Assembly (NCBI GenBank): GCA_963793265.1
Contig: CAWBZI010000001.1
Span: 928,001-992,000 of the forward strand
Source: an uncultured cyanobacterium
Lineage (GTDB): Bacteria > Cyanobacteriota > Cyanobacteriia > Phormidesmidales > Phormidesmidaceae
DNA: 64,000 bases
Reading direction: 5' to 3'
In this document: piece by piece, positions 40,921 through 51,555 of the stretch
How the letters are laid out: each line of letters begins with the position of its first letter
Position numbering within the stretch: the first letter of the stretch is position 1
Position numbers and translations under genes: made by a program
The notes under the pieces: generated by a model
Databases searched by the model: none
The model's input: only the letters and a program-made list of their open reading frames with translations
What the model was told of the DNA's origin: nothing

Positions 40921-40947
40921 AGAGGGCATAGCCTGCTATGCCCCTAC
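40921..40947 (-). repeat. GTAG-type REP-like palindrome, also a possible argD/recF terminator
   Basis: Minus strand GTAG-GGGCATAGC-AG-GCTATGCCC. Confidence 0.55.
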
Positions 40948-40958
40948 GGGTTTGCGGA

Positions 40959-42140
40959 TTATAAATCAGCGGTGGCAGTGGTCAAAGAGCCGTTGCGGAC
41001 GGTGAGAATCTGGGATTCTTTGAGCCACTGGGAGTCGAAAGAGCCTAAGTGGGTCGTGGTGATGATAGTTTGGAAGCGGTCTTGGATGGTTTCTAGGAGC
41101 TGGTTTTGACGCTTAAGATCGAGTTCGGCTAAGACATCATCGAGCAAAAGCAAAGGCGGCTCGCCAATGACGGCTTCGATCAGTTCTAACTCAGCAAGTT
41201 TGAGCGCGAGAACCAGGGTGCGCTGCTGCCCTTGAGAACCGTATTGCCGGGCGGGCGTTTGGTTAATTGAAAAATCGATGTCGTCGCGGTGAGGCCCAAC
41301 CAGCGAAGTACGCTGATGGTATTCGGCAACAGCACGAGACTGAATTTTGTCTAGAAAAGCCTGTTGGATGGTGAGCGGATCGTCTGTGGTGAGCGGATCT
41401 TCGGTGAGTGGGACGTTGGGCTGATATCGAATAAGAAGCTGTTCGGCGTCGCCGCTGATGGACTGGTGCCAGCCTTGCGCGAGGGGAATGAGCCGGTTGA
41501 GGACGCGCGATCGCCTGCGAATAACACGTGTGCCTGCGGTCGCTAGCTGAGCATCCCAAATGGCGATCTCAGCAGCGCTCGATTCAGTATCTTTTGGCTG
41601 GCGCGCGCTAGCGGTATCTATATCTTCGTCGTCAGTCCGCTGCTTAATAAAGGCGTTGCGCTGTTTGAGCACATGGTTGTACTGCTGCAAAATATAGGCG
41701 TAGACCGGCTCTAGCTGAGTGAGCAGCGTGTCTATCCAAATGCGGCGACCGCCGGGGCCACCGCGCACTAAATCGATATCAAGACTGGAAAACTGGACGG
41801 CGTTGAGATTGCCTAAAAAGTCTTGCTGGCGCTTGAGCGTTTCGCCATTGAGAATAGCCGCGCGGCGACCGCCGTTGCGCAGGACTAAATTGAGTTCGCT
41901 AATGCCGAGATCTTTTTGGAGCTGGGCTTTGATATGGCCGATACTAGCGCCTTCTTTGACCAGATCGCGATCGCGACTCGTTCGATGAGACTTTAGCGTA
42001 GCCAGCAGCTCCACCGCCTCTAACACATTAGATTTACCCTGGGCGTTATCTCCTAGCAGGATAGTTTTTGGCGCAGTAAACGCAACAGACTGGCTGCTGT
42101 AGTTGCGAAAATTTTGGAGGTGAAGATGCTGGAGAAACAT
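40959..42140 (-). CDS. recF: DNA replication/repair protein RecF
   Basis: 'NFRNY', 'GDNAQGKSN', 'GPHRDD', 'SQGQQR', '[10 protein letters not shown]'. Confidence 0.98.
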   Translation of the reverse strand: MFLQHLHLQNFRNYSSQSVAFTAPKTILLGDNAQGKSNVLEAVELLATLKSHRTSRDRDLVKEGASIGHIKAQLQKDLGISELNLVLRNGGRRAAILNGETLKRQQDFLGNLNAVQFSSLDIDLVRGGPGGRRIWIDTLLTQLEPVYAYILQQYNHVLKQRNAFIKQRTDDEDIDTASARQPKDTESSAAEIAIWDAQLATAGTRVIRRRSRVLNRLIPLAQGWHQSISGDAEQLLIRYQPNVPLTEDPLTTDDPLTIQQAFLDKIQSRAVAEYHQRTSLVGPHRDDIDFSINQTPARQYGSQGQQRTLVLALKLAELELIEAVIGEPPLLLLDDVLAELDLKRQNQLLETIQDRFQTIITTTHLGSFDSQWLKESQILTVRNGSLTTATADL

Positions 42141-42204
42141 AGTCAACAGTTTAAGCTAGCGCCGCCTTAAACTAAGGCGAAGACGAATCGAGCAATGATT
42201 TTAT

Positions 42205-42558
42205 GACACAGGCGCTATCTGAGGGGAGTATGTGCTGTTTTTGGATGCAGACGTGCGGTTAGAGAAAGGGGCGATCGCACTTCTGTTTGTCGTTCCCTGG
42301 TTGGGCCTAGCGATTGGATTAGGCATGTCATTCTTAGGCGCTTCAGCCGCGAAAACCACGCTGCTACTTGGCACCCTGGCAGTTGTCCTTCAGCTCTATA
42401 TGCGGCTTTCGGCAAGCGATGTGATTGAGCAGCCGTGGCGGTATTTGTGGCTTGGGTGGTTGGGTGGTGGGATTGTGAGTGTGATCGCGATTACTTCTTT
42501 GGTGAAAACAGAAACGGGATGGGGGTGAACCTGGCGAGGGCGATCGTTAGCGAGCTAA
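42205..42558 (+). pseudogene. Remnant of a GT2 glycosyltransferase (internal deletion, in-frame stops)
   Basis: '*GEYVLFLDADVRLEKGAIA' DxD motif fused directly to C-terminal TM segments ending 'TETGWG*TWRGRSLAS'; TGA at 42220 and 42526. Confidence 0.75.
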
Positions 42559-42631
42559 GAAGCATCAAAAAATCTTTTGAACCCTTGCAGCAAACCGCGC
42601 AGCCGGTGCTACAATATCTAGGCGAAAGCGT

Positions 42632-42703
42632 TGGGGTGTCGCCAAGTGGTAAGGCATCGGGTTTTGGTCTCGACATTCCTAGGTTCGAATCCTAGCACCC
42701 CAG
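42632..42703 (+). tRNA. trnQ: tRNA-Gln (anticodon TTG)
   Basis: TGGGGTG...CACCCCA acceptor stem, AGTGGTAA D-loop, TCGGG-TTTTGGT-CTCGA anticodon arm, GGTTCGAATCC T-arm; CCA not encoded. Confidence 0.96.
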
Positions 42704-43138
42704 TTATTAACCAGTTATCAAATTCAATAGGTCTGGAGCTGTTGCAAGTCTGAATCTGTAGCTCAGTACGCATGTAATTTGCGAGATAATTGTTGCAGCT
42801 ATCAGCAGTTTCAACCATCTCATCGATATTTCTTAATCCTTACTTCACATACATCAAAGCGGTTTAAGCATCTTCAACAAGATAGCTAGACCGCTTTCTT
42901 TATGGGACTTTCAAGCCTGCACTCAAAGCCAATTAAGAACCACTAAGCAGAGCAAATCGATTGGAACTTCCAGAAAAATTGCTACGTCTCCCTATGTGTG
43001 TCAGTGAAATCACTGTCACCTTTATTGGCATCTTCATTGTTTTGCTTATCTATTTACCGCTTTCATCTATTGCCGCTTTCAAAAGCTTTAGATACCCACT
43101 ATTTTAATCTGCCTTTTGCCAGCAGCCTCTTCTCGAAC

Positions 43139-44005
43139 ATGACATACACAAAATCTGAGCTAAGCCCCTCATCAGAAAGCGAGCTGCCAAAAAATATGCC
43201 TTCTATAGAAACGTACGATAGCGATAGCTTGAGTAGGGGTGCAACCAGCACAGTACCTGCCAAAGTAGACCTATTTGGCATGGACTTTGACAACTTTTCT
43301 AAACAGGAACTACTTTCTAGCCTACAAAAAGGCGTCGTGTTCACGCCTAACGTAGACCACCTGATGAAGCTGCGCCGCGATCCAGATTTCGTATCGATTT
43401 ATCAAAAAGCCGACTTCAAGATCTGCGACAGCCAGGTTCTGATGTATGCCTCCAAGTTTTTGGGCAAGCCGCTCAAGGCAAAGCTTTCGGGTGCCGATTT
43501 ATTTCCGTGGTTTTGCGAATACCACAAGCACAACGAGCACATAAAAATATTTTTACTCGGCGGAGCCGAAGGGGTTGCCCGCGAAGCTCAAAGCCGAATT
43601 AATGCGCGAACAGGTCGAGAGATTGTTGTAGGCGAATATTCCCCCCCTTATGGTTTCGAGGCAGACCCCGCAGAGTGTGCCAAAATTATCAATCTTATTG
43701 AAAGCTCTCCGGCTAACGTATTAGTGGTTTGTTTGGGCGCACCTAAACAGGAGAAGTGGATTGCAACCCATCGCGACCTTTTGCCAAACGTAGATATCTT
43801 CATGGCAGTGGGCGCAGCCGTCGATTTTGAAGCAGGCTGTAAGCCAAGAGCCCCAAAATATGTTAGTGAGCTAGGGCTAGAGTGGATGTATCGCCTGGTT
43901 TGCGAGCCCAGACGGCTATGGCGGCGCTATTTGCTAGAGGGTATGCCCTTTGTCGGCCTGGTACTCGCGGAGAAATTTAGACAGGTGCGCCCCCGGAAAG
44001 CGTAG
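43139..44005 (+). CDS. WecB/TagA/CpsF family glycosyltransferase
   Basis: 'FTPNVDH', 'SGADLF', 'LGAPKQEKW', 'GLEW.YRL..EPRRLWRRY'; start uncertain. Confidence 0.92.
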   Translation: MTYTKSELSPSSESELPKNMPSIETYDSDSLSRGATSTVPAKVDLFGMDFDNFSKQELLSSLQKGVVFTPNVDHLMKLRRDPDFVSIYQKADFKICDSQVLMYASKFLGKPLKAKLSGADLFPWFCEYHKHNEHIKIFLLGGAEGVAREAQSRINARTGREIVVGEYSPPYGFEADPAECAKIINLIESSPANVLVVCLGAPKQEKWIATHRDLLPNVDIFMAVGAAVDFEAGCKPRAPKYVSELGLEWMYRLVCEPRRLWRRYLLEGMPFVGLVLAEKFRQVRPRKA

Positions 44006-44084
44006 TGTTTAGTAAACTGTTGTCTTGTAAACTGTTTCGTTACAGACACCTGCAGCAAGTACCTGCAATCACGATATTGACGAA

Positions 44085-44519
44085 ATGATAGAAATGCCTC
44101 AGGCTGGCGATGCGAGCAGCCGCGAAAAAATGCTGCCCTATTCACCTAAGGCGGTTCAGCGTGCGGAACGTGCGGTGCGATGTTCGCCTTTTTACCTAAA
44201 ACTACTGGCCGAGATGCGCCTAACTAGCGTCAGCGTGCCAACGATTGCTGAAGACAGTGGTGCTATTAAGGGCTACACCCAGCAGCCGCTTTCTGAAGTT
44301 GCTGCCGAAACAGAGCTTATGTGGCTAGTTGACGTGGGCATTTTGCGTCGTGAAGTGGATGGGCAAGGACTTACGGACAGTTTTCGGCTGACACCGCTTG
44401 GTCGTCAGATTGTAGAGCGATGGCAATCTCAGGGCTGTCCGGATCGGCGGGCTAGCCTATCGGACTATGTAGAAAATGCGATGATTCGACGGTTGCGAAT
44501 ACCTGACTGGCTGATGTAG
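44085..44519 (+). CDS. Npun_F0494-family conserved cyanobacterial protein
   Basis: 'GILRREVDGQGLTDSFRLTPLGRQ'; usual neighbour of cobQ. Confidence 0.8.
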   Translation: MIEMPQAGDASSREKMLPYSPKAVQRAERAVRCSPFYLKLLAEMRLTSVSVPTIAEDSGAIKGYTQQPLSEVAAETELMWLVDVGILRREVDGQGLTDSFRLTPLGRQIVERWQSQGCPDRRASLSDYVENAMIRRLRIPDWLM

Positions 44520-44711
44520 ATACGGTAGATCTTTATAAGGCTGAACGGCCAGATTTAGGTATTTGTACAGGAACTTTATGGTTCCATCAAGTTTTTTTGC
44601 TTCATATTTGACCAACTTTGGGTAATGTGAAGTGGGTAAAGCAAAGCAACAGACGCTATAAAGCCGTAAAGTAGGCGCTATAAACAGTTTGAGCCATAAA
44701 GGGGAGCAGCC

Positions 44712-46205
44712 GTGGTTAAGTCAATAATGGTCGTGGGAACAACTTCTCACGCAGGTAAATCCATGCTGGTGGCTGCGCTGTGTCGTATTTTGAGCCGCCG
44801 CGGCTGGCGAGTTTCGCCCTTTAAGGGGCAGAATATGGCCTTAAACTCGTACGTAAGTACCACCGGGGCAGAAATTGGCTACGCTCAGGCGGTGCAGGCT
44901 TGGGCAGCAGGCGTGCCGCCACAGGCCGAAATGAATCCGATTTTGCTTAAACCCCAAGGCGACCATACGTCTCAGGTGATTTTGAAGGGTCGGCCTATTG
45001 GCACAACGACCGCTGAAAAGTATTACGAAGAGTTTTTTAGCACGGGCTGGCAGGCTATTCAGGAAAGTTTGGCCCGGCTGAGTCAGGAGTTTGATCTGCT
45101 GATTTGCGAAGGGGCTGGGAGCCCGGCTGAAATTAATTTAAAGCACCGCGATTTAGCAAATATGCGAATTGCGACCTATCTAGAATCGCCAACTATTTTA
45201 ATTGCTGATATTGATCGCGGCGGCGTGTTTGCCCACATCGTCGGTACGCTAGAGCTACTAGAGCCTGAAGAAAGGGCGCTGATTAAAGGCATTGTGATTA
45301 ACAAGTTTCGTGGGCAGCGCTCGATTTTGCAGCCTGGGATTGACTGGCTAGAGGAGCGGACGGGGATTCCGGTTATTGGCGTAATTCCGTGGATTAATGA
45401 AGCCTTTCCGGCAGAAGATTCGCTCTCGCTGCTAGAGCGGCCTGCGGTAAAGTCTCAAGCTGAAATTACGGTTGCGGTGGTTCGCCTGCCTCGGATTTCT
45501 AACTTTACTGACTTTGACTCCTTAGAAGCTGAGCCGTCAGTAAACGTGAAGTATTTGAGCCCAACGGATGATTTGGGTTATCCAGACGCGGTGATATTAC
45601 CCGGTACTAAAACCACGATTGCCGATTTGCTGGTGCTGCAACAAACCGGGATGGCCGCAGCGATCAGTAACTATGCCGCAGCAGGTGGCACGGTGATGGG
45701 CATTTGCGGCGGGTTTCAAATAATGGGCCAAATGCTGGCTGACCCTGAAGGATTAGAAGGACAGGAGGGCCGATTTAATGGGCTAGGGCTGTTGCCATTG
45801 CGCACGGTAATCACGCAGCAGAAAGTGGCTAGGCAGCGAACGGTCAGCTCTAAGTATCCGCAAGAAGGCTTGCCGGTTGTGGGGTATGAGATTCATCAGG
45901 GGCGTACGCAGCTTGTGATGCCCACTAGCGGCGAAGGTGAGAGCGTACCTTCGTTTATGCCTATTTTCGATGACCGGAGTTTAGGGATTGTAGACGAGGC
46001 GCAATCGGTGTGGGGCACTTACCTGCACGGGATTTTTGACAACGGCCCTTGGCGCAGAGCGTGGCTCAATCGGTTGCGACAGCAGCGCGGGCTAAAGTCT
46101 ATGCCAACGGGAATTGCTAACTATCGTGAGCAGCGCGACAGCATGTTGAACAGCTTAGCGACTACGATTGAGGAGTACATAGATTTGACGCCGATTTTGT
46201 CTTAG
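44712..46205 (+). CDS. cobQ: Cobyric acid synthase
   Basis: 'GTTSHAGKS', 'PFKGQNMALNS', 'EGAGSPAE.NL', 'GICGGFQ', 'GTYLHG'. Confidence 0.97.
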   Translation: MVKSIMVVGTTSHAGKSMLVAALCRILSRRGWRVSPFKGQNMALNSYVSTTGAEIGYAQAVQAWAAGVPPQAEMNPILLKPQGDHTSQVILKGRPIGTTTAEKYYEEFFSTGWQAIQESLARLSQEFDLLICEGAGSPAEINLKHRDLANMRIATYLESPTILIADIDRGGVFAHIVGTLELLEPEERALIKGIVINKFRGQRSILQPGIDWLEERTGIPVIGVIPWINEAFPAEDSLSLLERPAVKSQAEITVAVVRLPRISNFTDFDSLEAEPSVNVKYLSPTDDLGYPDAVILPGTKTTIADLLVLQQTGMAAAISNYAAAGGTVMGICGGFQIMGQMLADPEGLEGQEGRFNGLGLLPLRTVITQQKVARQRTVSSKYPQEGLPVVGYEIHQGRTQLVMPTSGEGESVPSFMPIFDDRSLGIVDEAQSVWGTYLHGIFDNGPWRRAWLNRLRQQRGLKSMPTGIANYREQRDSMLNSLATTIEEYIDLTPILS

Positions 46206-46273
46206 GTTGCCGGTAGCAAGTTAGGTAGTCATTATAGACAGCGGGTTTTTTCGATTTATTTTCAGGTGAGAGT

Positions 46274-47074
46274 GTGACGCTCGGCGCGGTTATTCTTCTA
46301 TCTTTAACAGGCTTAGTTTCTGGCGTATTGGCTGGTTTTTTGGGCATTGGAGGCGGTACTTTGCTGGTGCCGGTGCTGGTGCAGCTTGGCTTCTTGCCAG
46401 TGCGGGCGACGGCGACGAGTTCGCTAGCTATATTAGTCACTTCTAGCGCGGGCAGCTTTCAGAACTGGCGAATGGGCTTTTTGGACGTTAGGCAAATTTT
46501 GCTGCTGGGTGCACCTGCGGTATTGACGGCTTTTGTGGGGGCTTTTGTGGGCGATCGCATCCCCTCATACGTCCTCCTCGCAGGCTTTGGCGTCCTGCTA
46601 CTGAGCAACCTATATCTTGTCTCACTCAAAAAACGCGTCATCCGCACGGCTCAGTTTCGAGAGGGGCGCACAGCCTCTACAGGGCCAGCCATTTCGCCGC
46701 TAACGGCCCGCATTATTACTGGAGCGACAGCGGGATTTATGGCCGGGCTCTTCGGTGTCGGCGGCGGTGTCATCTTAGTACCGCTACAAATTTTGCTACT
46801 GGGCGAACAGATTAAAACGGCCATTCGCACCAGTCTTGGCGTTATTGTCATCACCTCTGTCGCGGCGATTTCTGGACATGCGCTCAATGGCAATATTGAT
46901 TTGATTGCTGGTTTAATCTTGGGCCTCGGTGGCCTCGTCGGCGTACAGATCAGCACACGCTTTCTGCCTAAGCTGAGTGACAGCACAGTCACCCAGCTCT
47001 TTCGAGCCATGCTGATCGTGCTGTCAATTTTCATTTTTTGGCAGGCTTGGCAAACCTACAGAACGGTGAGCTAG
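46274..47074 (+). CDS. Sulfite exporter TauE/SafE family protein
   Basis: Duplicated 'G..AG..G.GGG...VP' membrane repeats. Confidence 0.9.
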   Translation: MTLGAVILLSLTGLVSGVLAGFLGIGGGTLLVPVLVQLGFLPVRATATSSLAILVTSSAGSFQNWRMGFLDVRQILLLGAPAVLTAFVGAFVGDRIPSYVLLAGFGVLLLSNLYLVSLKKRVIRTAQFREGRTASTGPAISPLTARIITGATAGFMAGLFGVGGGVILVPLQILLLGEQIKTAIRTSLGVIVITSVAAISGHALNGNIDLIAGLILGLGGLVGVQISTRFLPKLSDSTVTQLFRAMLIVLSIFIFWQAWQTYRTVS

Positions 47075-47100
47075 AACAAAGCCAAAACGGCAAGCTGACG

Positions 47101-47871
47101 CTAGGCTTCACACAGAGCCTTTGCCAAAACAATATCAAAATATTTAGCCTCTCCTACCTGACCCGAAATCACTTCAAAGGGTGCGTTTGGTTCGCCAAAG
47201 TCGCTGATAACGAGCGTGGCTTTTGAGAAGTCTTGTTGGCGGGTGTAGTCATTGACGGTGACGACGGTTTTAAGTCCGGTTTGCGTCGCTGAGAGCAGGC
47301 CGTTGTTGGTATCTTCAAAGCCAAGGCAGTTTTCAGGCGGGAGCTGGAGGTGCTTGAGGGCGTATTCAAAAATGTCGGGGGCGGGCTTTTTGTGTGGCAC
47401 CATGTCGCCTGCGGCAATGACCTCGAACCAGTCGAGGCTTTGCGCGCCGAGGGTGTTTTCGAGTAGGGCTTGGACGTTTGCTGGGGTTGTTGTTGTTGCG
47501 ATCGCTAATCTCACTCCCTTTTCCCTCGCCTCATTCAGCAACCGCTCCACTCCAGGCCGCAAAGGAATCTTCCCTTCTGCCGCATACTGCTTGTAATACT
47601 TCGTCTTAGTCGCGTGCAGGTGCTTAATAAATTCCGTGAGATCGGCGTAGGCATCAGGCAGTACAAAATCCGGCTTGGACTGCTGCACAAACGCCTTCAT
47701 CCGCTCCTTACCGCCCGAGACTTCTAGCAGCTCGCCATAGCGCTCCTCAGACCAGTTCCAGTCCAGGCCGTTGTCGGCAAAAGCCTGGTTAAACGCGGGC
47801 CGATGGCCGTCACGCTCGGTTTCGGCCAGGGTGCCATCTACGTCAAAAATCAGTGCTTTTAGCTCGGCCAT
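47101..47871 (-). CDS. cbbY: CbbY-like HAD phosphatase
   Basis: 'LIFDVDGTLAETERDGHR.AFN', 'GGKER', 'KKPAPDI'. Confidence 0.85.
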   Translation of the reverse strand: MAELKALIFDVDGTLAETERDGHRPAFNQAFADNGLDWNWSEERYGELLEVSGGKERMKAFVQQSKPDFVLPDAYADLTEFIKHLHATKTKYYKQYAAEGKIPLRPGVERLLNEAREKGVRLAIATTTTPANVQALLENTLGAQSLDWFEVIAAGDMVPHKKPAPDIFEYALKHLQLPPENCLGFEDTNNGLLSATQTGLKTVVTVNDYTRQQDFSKATLVISDFGEPNAPFEVISGQVGEAKYFDIVLAKALCEA

Positions 47872-47954
47872 AAGTGCGTCTCGTGAAGTGGGATCGTCCG
47901 GGTTGATTTTACCGCTTTGGGAACACTCAAACTTGATGGAAGAGGGCCGCATTA

Positions 47955-49214
47955 GTGACAGCATCGGATATAGGAGAAAGAGCGTATTGGCTGGCGTGGT
48001 CGCAAATTAAAGGCGTTGGGCCTGTCACCATCAAGCATCTATGGGAGCACTTTGGGGCTTTGGCCCTGGCCTGGCAGGCACCAGCCGGTGAGCTGCTGAC
48101 GGTAGACGGTATCGGACTGCTAATTGCCGATAAAATTGTGTCGCTGCGCCGCAAAATAAATCCAGCAGAGCTACTAGCTCAGCATGAGAAGGCAAATAAA
48201 GCGTTTTGGACGCCTGCTGATCCTGACTATCCGGCGCTGCTGTTTGCCATTAACGATCCGCCACCGCTGCTTTACTATCGCGGTGCGCTGCGGCCCAATG
48301 ATATGCCCGATGCGCTGACGGTCGGTATTGTTGGCACGCGATTACCTTCTCCGTATGGTCAAAGGTGGACGCGCAGGCTGAGCAGTCGGCTGACCCAACA
48401 AGGAGCTATTATTGTTTCTGGGCTCGCAGCGGGAATTGATACCGAAGCGCATACGAGCTGTTTACAGCATCAAGGGCAAACCATCGCAGTCGTTGGAACG
48501 GGCGTGGATCAGGTGTATCCGGCAAGTAACAGAAGTCTGCACGCTCAGATTGCGACGGCTGGCCTAATTGTTAGCGAATATCCTGACGGAACGGGGCCAG
48601 ATAAAAAGCATTTTCCGCAGCGTAATCGGATTATTGCCGGGCTGAGTCGGGCAGTACTGGTGACAGAGGCTCCGGCAAGATCGGGGGCGCTGATTACCTC
48701 GCGGCTGGCAAATGAGTATTGCCGGGAGGTGTACGCGTTGCCCTGTGGGTTGGATAGCCTTCAGGGAGAGGGGTGTTTGAACCTGATTAATCAGGGCGGG
48801 CAGATGATTTTGGGTGAGCAGAGTTTGGTGGATGCGCTAGCAGAGATCCCGTCTGTGGAAGCGATCTTACCTGGGCGTTTGCCTGGGCGGAAGGTAGGGC
48901 AGGCAAACGCCCAGAGAGAAGGGGTGACTACGCAGGAAGGTCAAGCTTCGGATAGGACTGAAGGCGTTGAGACAAGAAGATCTTCTAGCTCGGCTGTTTT
49001 GGCAACCTCTGCTTCGGGGCCTTCTGTCCAGGTAGATAAGCTATCGCCTGTGCTGAAGCAGGTGCTAGAAGCTGTACCGATTGAGCCTACTGTGTTGGAT
49101 CAGATAGTGCACGGGTCACAGGTTGATATCGGAAAGGTGCTGGGGGCATTGTTAGAGCTGGAGCTATTGGGACTGATTACGCAGCTTCCAGGAATGCAGT
49201 ATCAAAGATGCTGA
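47955..49214 (+). CDS. dprA: DNA processing protein DprA
   Basis: 'IVGTR', 'VSGLAAGID..AH', 'FPQRNRII', 'SGALIT', C-terminal 'LELELLG'. Confidence 0.96.
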   Translation: MTASDIGERAYWLAWSQIKGVGPVTIKHLWEHFGALALAWQAPAGELLTVDGIGLLIADKIVSLRRKINPAELLAQHEKANKAFWTPADPDYPALLFAINDPPPLLYYRGALRPNDMPDALTVGIVGTRLPSPYGQRWTRRLSSRLTQQGAIIVSGLAAGIDTEAHTSCLQHQGQTIAVVGTGVDQVYPASNRSLHAQIATAGLIVSEYPDGTGPDKKHFPQRNRIIAGLSRAVLVTEAPARSGALITSRLANEYCREVYALPCGLDSLQGEGCLNLINQGGQMILGEQSLVDALAEIPSVEAILPGRLPGRKVGQANAQREGVTTQEGQASDRTEGVETRRSSSSAVLATSASGPSVQVDKLSPVLKQVLEAVPIEPTVLDQIVHGSQVDIGKVLGALLELELLGLITQLPGMQYQRC

Positions 49215-49365
49215 ATATAGTTGGGAATGGGCGCGATCGCAAAGAATAACGAGCCAGAGGGAAGAAGTGGTACAAGCAATCCGTAACTAATCAGGGCAAT
49301 CTGATGTAAAGATCGAAACATAAGCGATCGCCTCGTCACTGATTCCATTACGACCCTTCTACGCC

Positions 49366-50772
49366 ATGCCATCTGTCACTAATCGCGCTCAGCCCGCCCT
49401 TAATTTTATTCCACCAAACTACAGCGACTGGGTGCGGCGGCTAATGCGACCGCTGATGCCTGCTTGGACGGCATGGAAAACAAACGTCGCTGAGGTAGAA
49501 ACGCAGAACATAGAGACACTGGCGAATGTGTACCAGGAATTTGCAGCGGGAAAGACGAGAGTGCTGCTGGCCTTTCGCCATCCAAACGCAGTCGATCCTT
49601 ACGTATTGAGTCACTTGCTTTGGCAAGAGCTACCCCGCACGGCGCGTCAAATGGGTCTGGATTTGGGGCCGACGCATTCTCACTTTATGTACGACCGGGG
49701 CATTCCACTGTGGGCAGGAAACTATATAACCTGGGTGTTTGCCCGGCTCGGCGGCGTACCCATTCAGCGAGGCAAGTTGGATTTGATGGCGCTAAAGACG
49801 GCGCGAAAGTTGCTATTGGACGGGCAGTTTCCGCTGGCAGTGGCTCCTGAAGGCGGCAATAACGGGCACAACGAAATTATCAGTCCGCTGGAGCCTGGGA
49901 TTGCACAGCTTGCTTTTTGGTGTGCAGAAGATTTGAAGGCAGCGCAGCGACCCGAGTCGGCAGTGGTTTTACCAATAGGCATTCAATATCGCTATGTGGA
50001 GGAGCCTTGGGCGCAGCTAGGCAAGCTGATTAGCCAGATGGAAACAGACAGTGGCATCGGTAAGCCGAACGCTGAAGAGACGGCGGCTTTGCAGGAGATG
50101 TTTGTAGGCTCTGAGGCACATGCTGACTTGTACCGGCGGCTGTACCGGCTAGCTGAGCATTTGCTGACGCTGATGGAAGGGTATTACACAGACTTTTATG
50201 GGATGAGTTTTGAGTCGCCGGAGGGCGGTGTGCTAGGTGTGGGGGACGCGGAACCGAATGTGCTGCTGGGCGATCGCCTCCAAATCCTCATGAATAAATC
50301 GCTACAGGTCGCAGAAAACTACTTCGGCATCCGGCCCAAAGGCAGCACTATCGATCGCTGCCGCAAGCTAGAGCAGGCGGGTTGGGATCGGATTTTTCGA
50401 GAAGATACGCTGGGACTATCGCCCGTTGAACTAGGGCTAGCCGACCGGGTTGCAGAAGAAGCCGACTTGAGAATGTGGCATATGCGCTTAGTTGAGAGTT
50501 TTGTCGCTGTCACCGGCTGCTATGTGAAAGAACACCCAAGCGTGGATCGCTTTGCTGAAACAGCGCTGTTGCTGCATGGCATGATAGCGAAGATAAAAGG
50601 AGAGCGAAAAATAAAGCCACAGCTCGGCTTGCAAAAGGCAGTTGTGACCATCGGTCAGCCGATTGAGGTGACCGAGCGGCTAGCGGGCTATAAGAAGAAA
50701 AGGAGAGGGGCGATCACACAGCTCACCCAAGACCTACAGTCTGAAATGGAATCACTCATCATCAACACTTAA
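49366..50772 (+). CDS. Phospholipid/glycerol acyltransferase family protein
   Basis: 'FRHP..VD' (HxxxxD) and 'APEG' motifs. Confidence 0.85.
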   Translation: MPSVTNRAQPALNFIPPNYSDWVRRLMRPLMPAWTAWKTNVAEVETQNIETLANVYQEFAAGKTRVLLAFRHPNAVDPYVLSHLLWQELPRTARQMGLDLGPTHSHFMYDRGIPLWAGNYITWVFARLGGVPIQRGKLDLMALKTARKLLLDGQFPLAVAPEGGNNGHNEIISPLEPGIAQLAFWCAEDLKAAQRPESAVVLPIGIQYRYVEEPWAQLGKLISQMETDSGIGKPNAEETAALQEMFVGSEAHADLYRRLYRLAEHLLTLMEGYYTDFYGMSFESPEGGVLGVGDAEPNVLLGDRLQILMNKSLQVAENYFGIRPKGSTIDRCRKLEQAGWDRIFREDTLGLSPVELGLADRVAEEADLRMWHMRLVESFVAVTGCYVKEHPSVDRFAETALLLHGMIAKIKGERKIKPQLGLQKAVVTIGQPIEVTERLAGYKKKRRGAITQLTQDLQSEMESLIINT

Positions 50773-50779
50773 TAACGGC

Positions 50780-51439
50780 CTACTTCACTAAAGGCTCCAT
50801 ACGTTCAGCAATAACTGCGTAAAACGGATCGCCACCACCCATACCGATCATCTGCATAATGGCAGGCGCTTCTGATTTTTTCGCGATCGTCTCAATATTG
50901 CCAAAGCCAGGCACAGACTCAAAGTAGCTTTTGACTAAGGCAACCCTGCTGGCTTCTGAACCTTCTCGCCAAGCTGCGATCGCCTTGTCATAAAACATCC
51001 GATTAGAAAAGCTAAAGATTGCGATTCCGCCCGGCTTTAGCACACGATACACCTCAGCAAAAATCTTCTCAGGATACTGAACATACTGCACTGAAACCGT
51101 GTTGACGACCGCATCGAAAGAACAATCCTCTAGCGGAAACGTTTGATTTTCGTTGAGATTTTGGACAAAGTAATGGTCTAGCTGTTTGTTACGCGATAAT
51201 TCTTCAGCATTCAGGCCGTGGCCCTCGACATGTTCATAAGTGACATCGGTCGGCAGGTGAGAAACCCAGCTACTCATAAAGTCAAAAACGCGGCTGTTTG
51301 CAGGAATGCGATCGCGATACAGGGCCGTAAGCTGACGAATAAAGCCCTCATCAACGTGGGTCACAAATCTGGGCGAACGGTAAAACAAGGTGTCGCTAGA
51401 CGTATCAAGCTTTGTTCTTTGACTGGCTTCAAGGGGCAT
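50780..51439 (-). CDS. Class I SAM-dependent methyltransferase-like protein
   Basis: 'PRFVTHVD', 'DFMSSWVSHLP', 'RVLKPGG', 'FSNRMF'. Confidence 0.88.
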   Translation of the reverse strand: MPLEASQRTKLDTSSDTLFYRSPRFVTHVDEGFIRQLTALYRDRIPANSRVFDFMSSWVSHLPTDVTYEHVEGHGLNAEELSRNKQLDHYFVQNLNENQTFPLEDCSFDAVVNTVSVQYVQYPEKIFAEVYRVLKPGGIAIFSFSNRMFYDKAIAAWREGSEASRVALVKSYFESVPGFGNIETIAKKSEAPAIMQMIGMGGGDPFYAVIAERMEPLVK

Positions 51440-51555
51440 AGGAAGTTAGCAAAAAGTCTTACTTAATCAGTTTATTTGTTAGCAGAGCATAAAAACAACG
51501 GTCGTAAAGGCGATAAAATCTTTAGCGGTCAACTTCACCGACACCCACCGCTTTT

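Noticed and set aside
44520..44711. Cobalamin riboswitch before cobQ
   Set aside because: No B12-box or GGGAA/GCCACTG core motifs visible.
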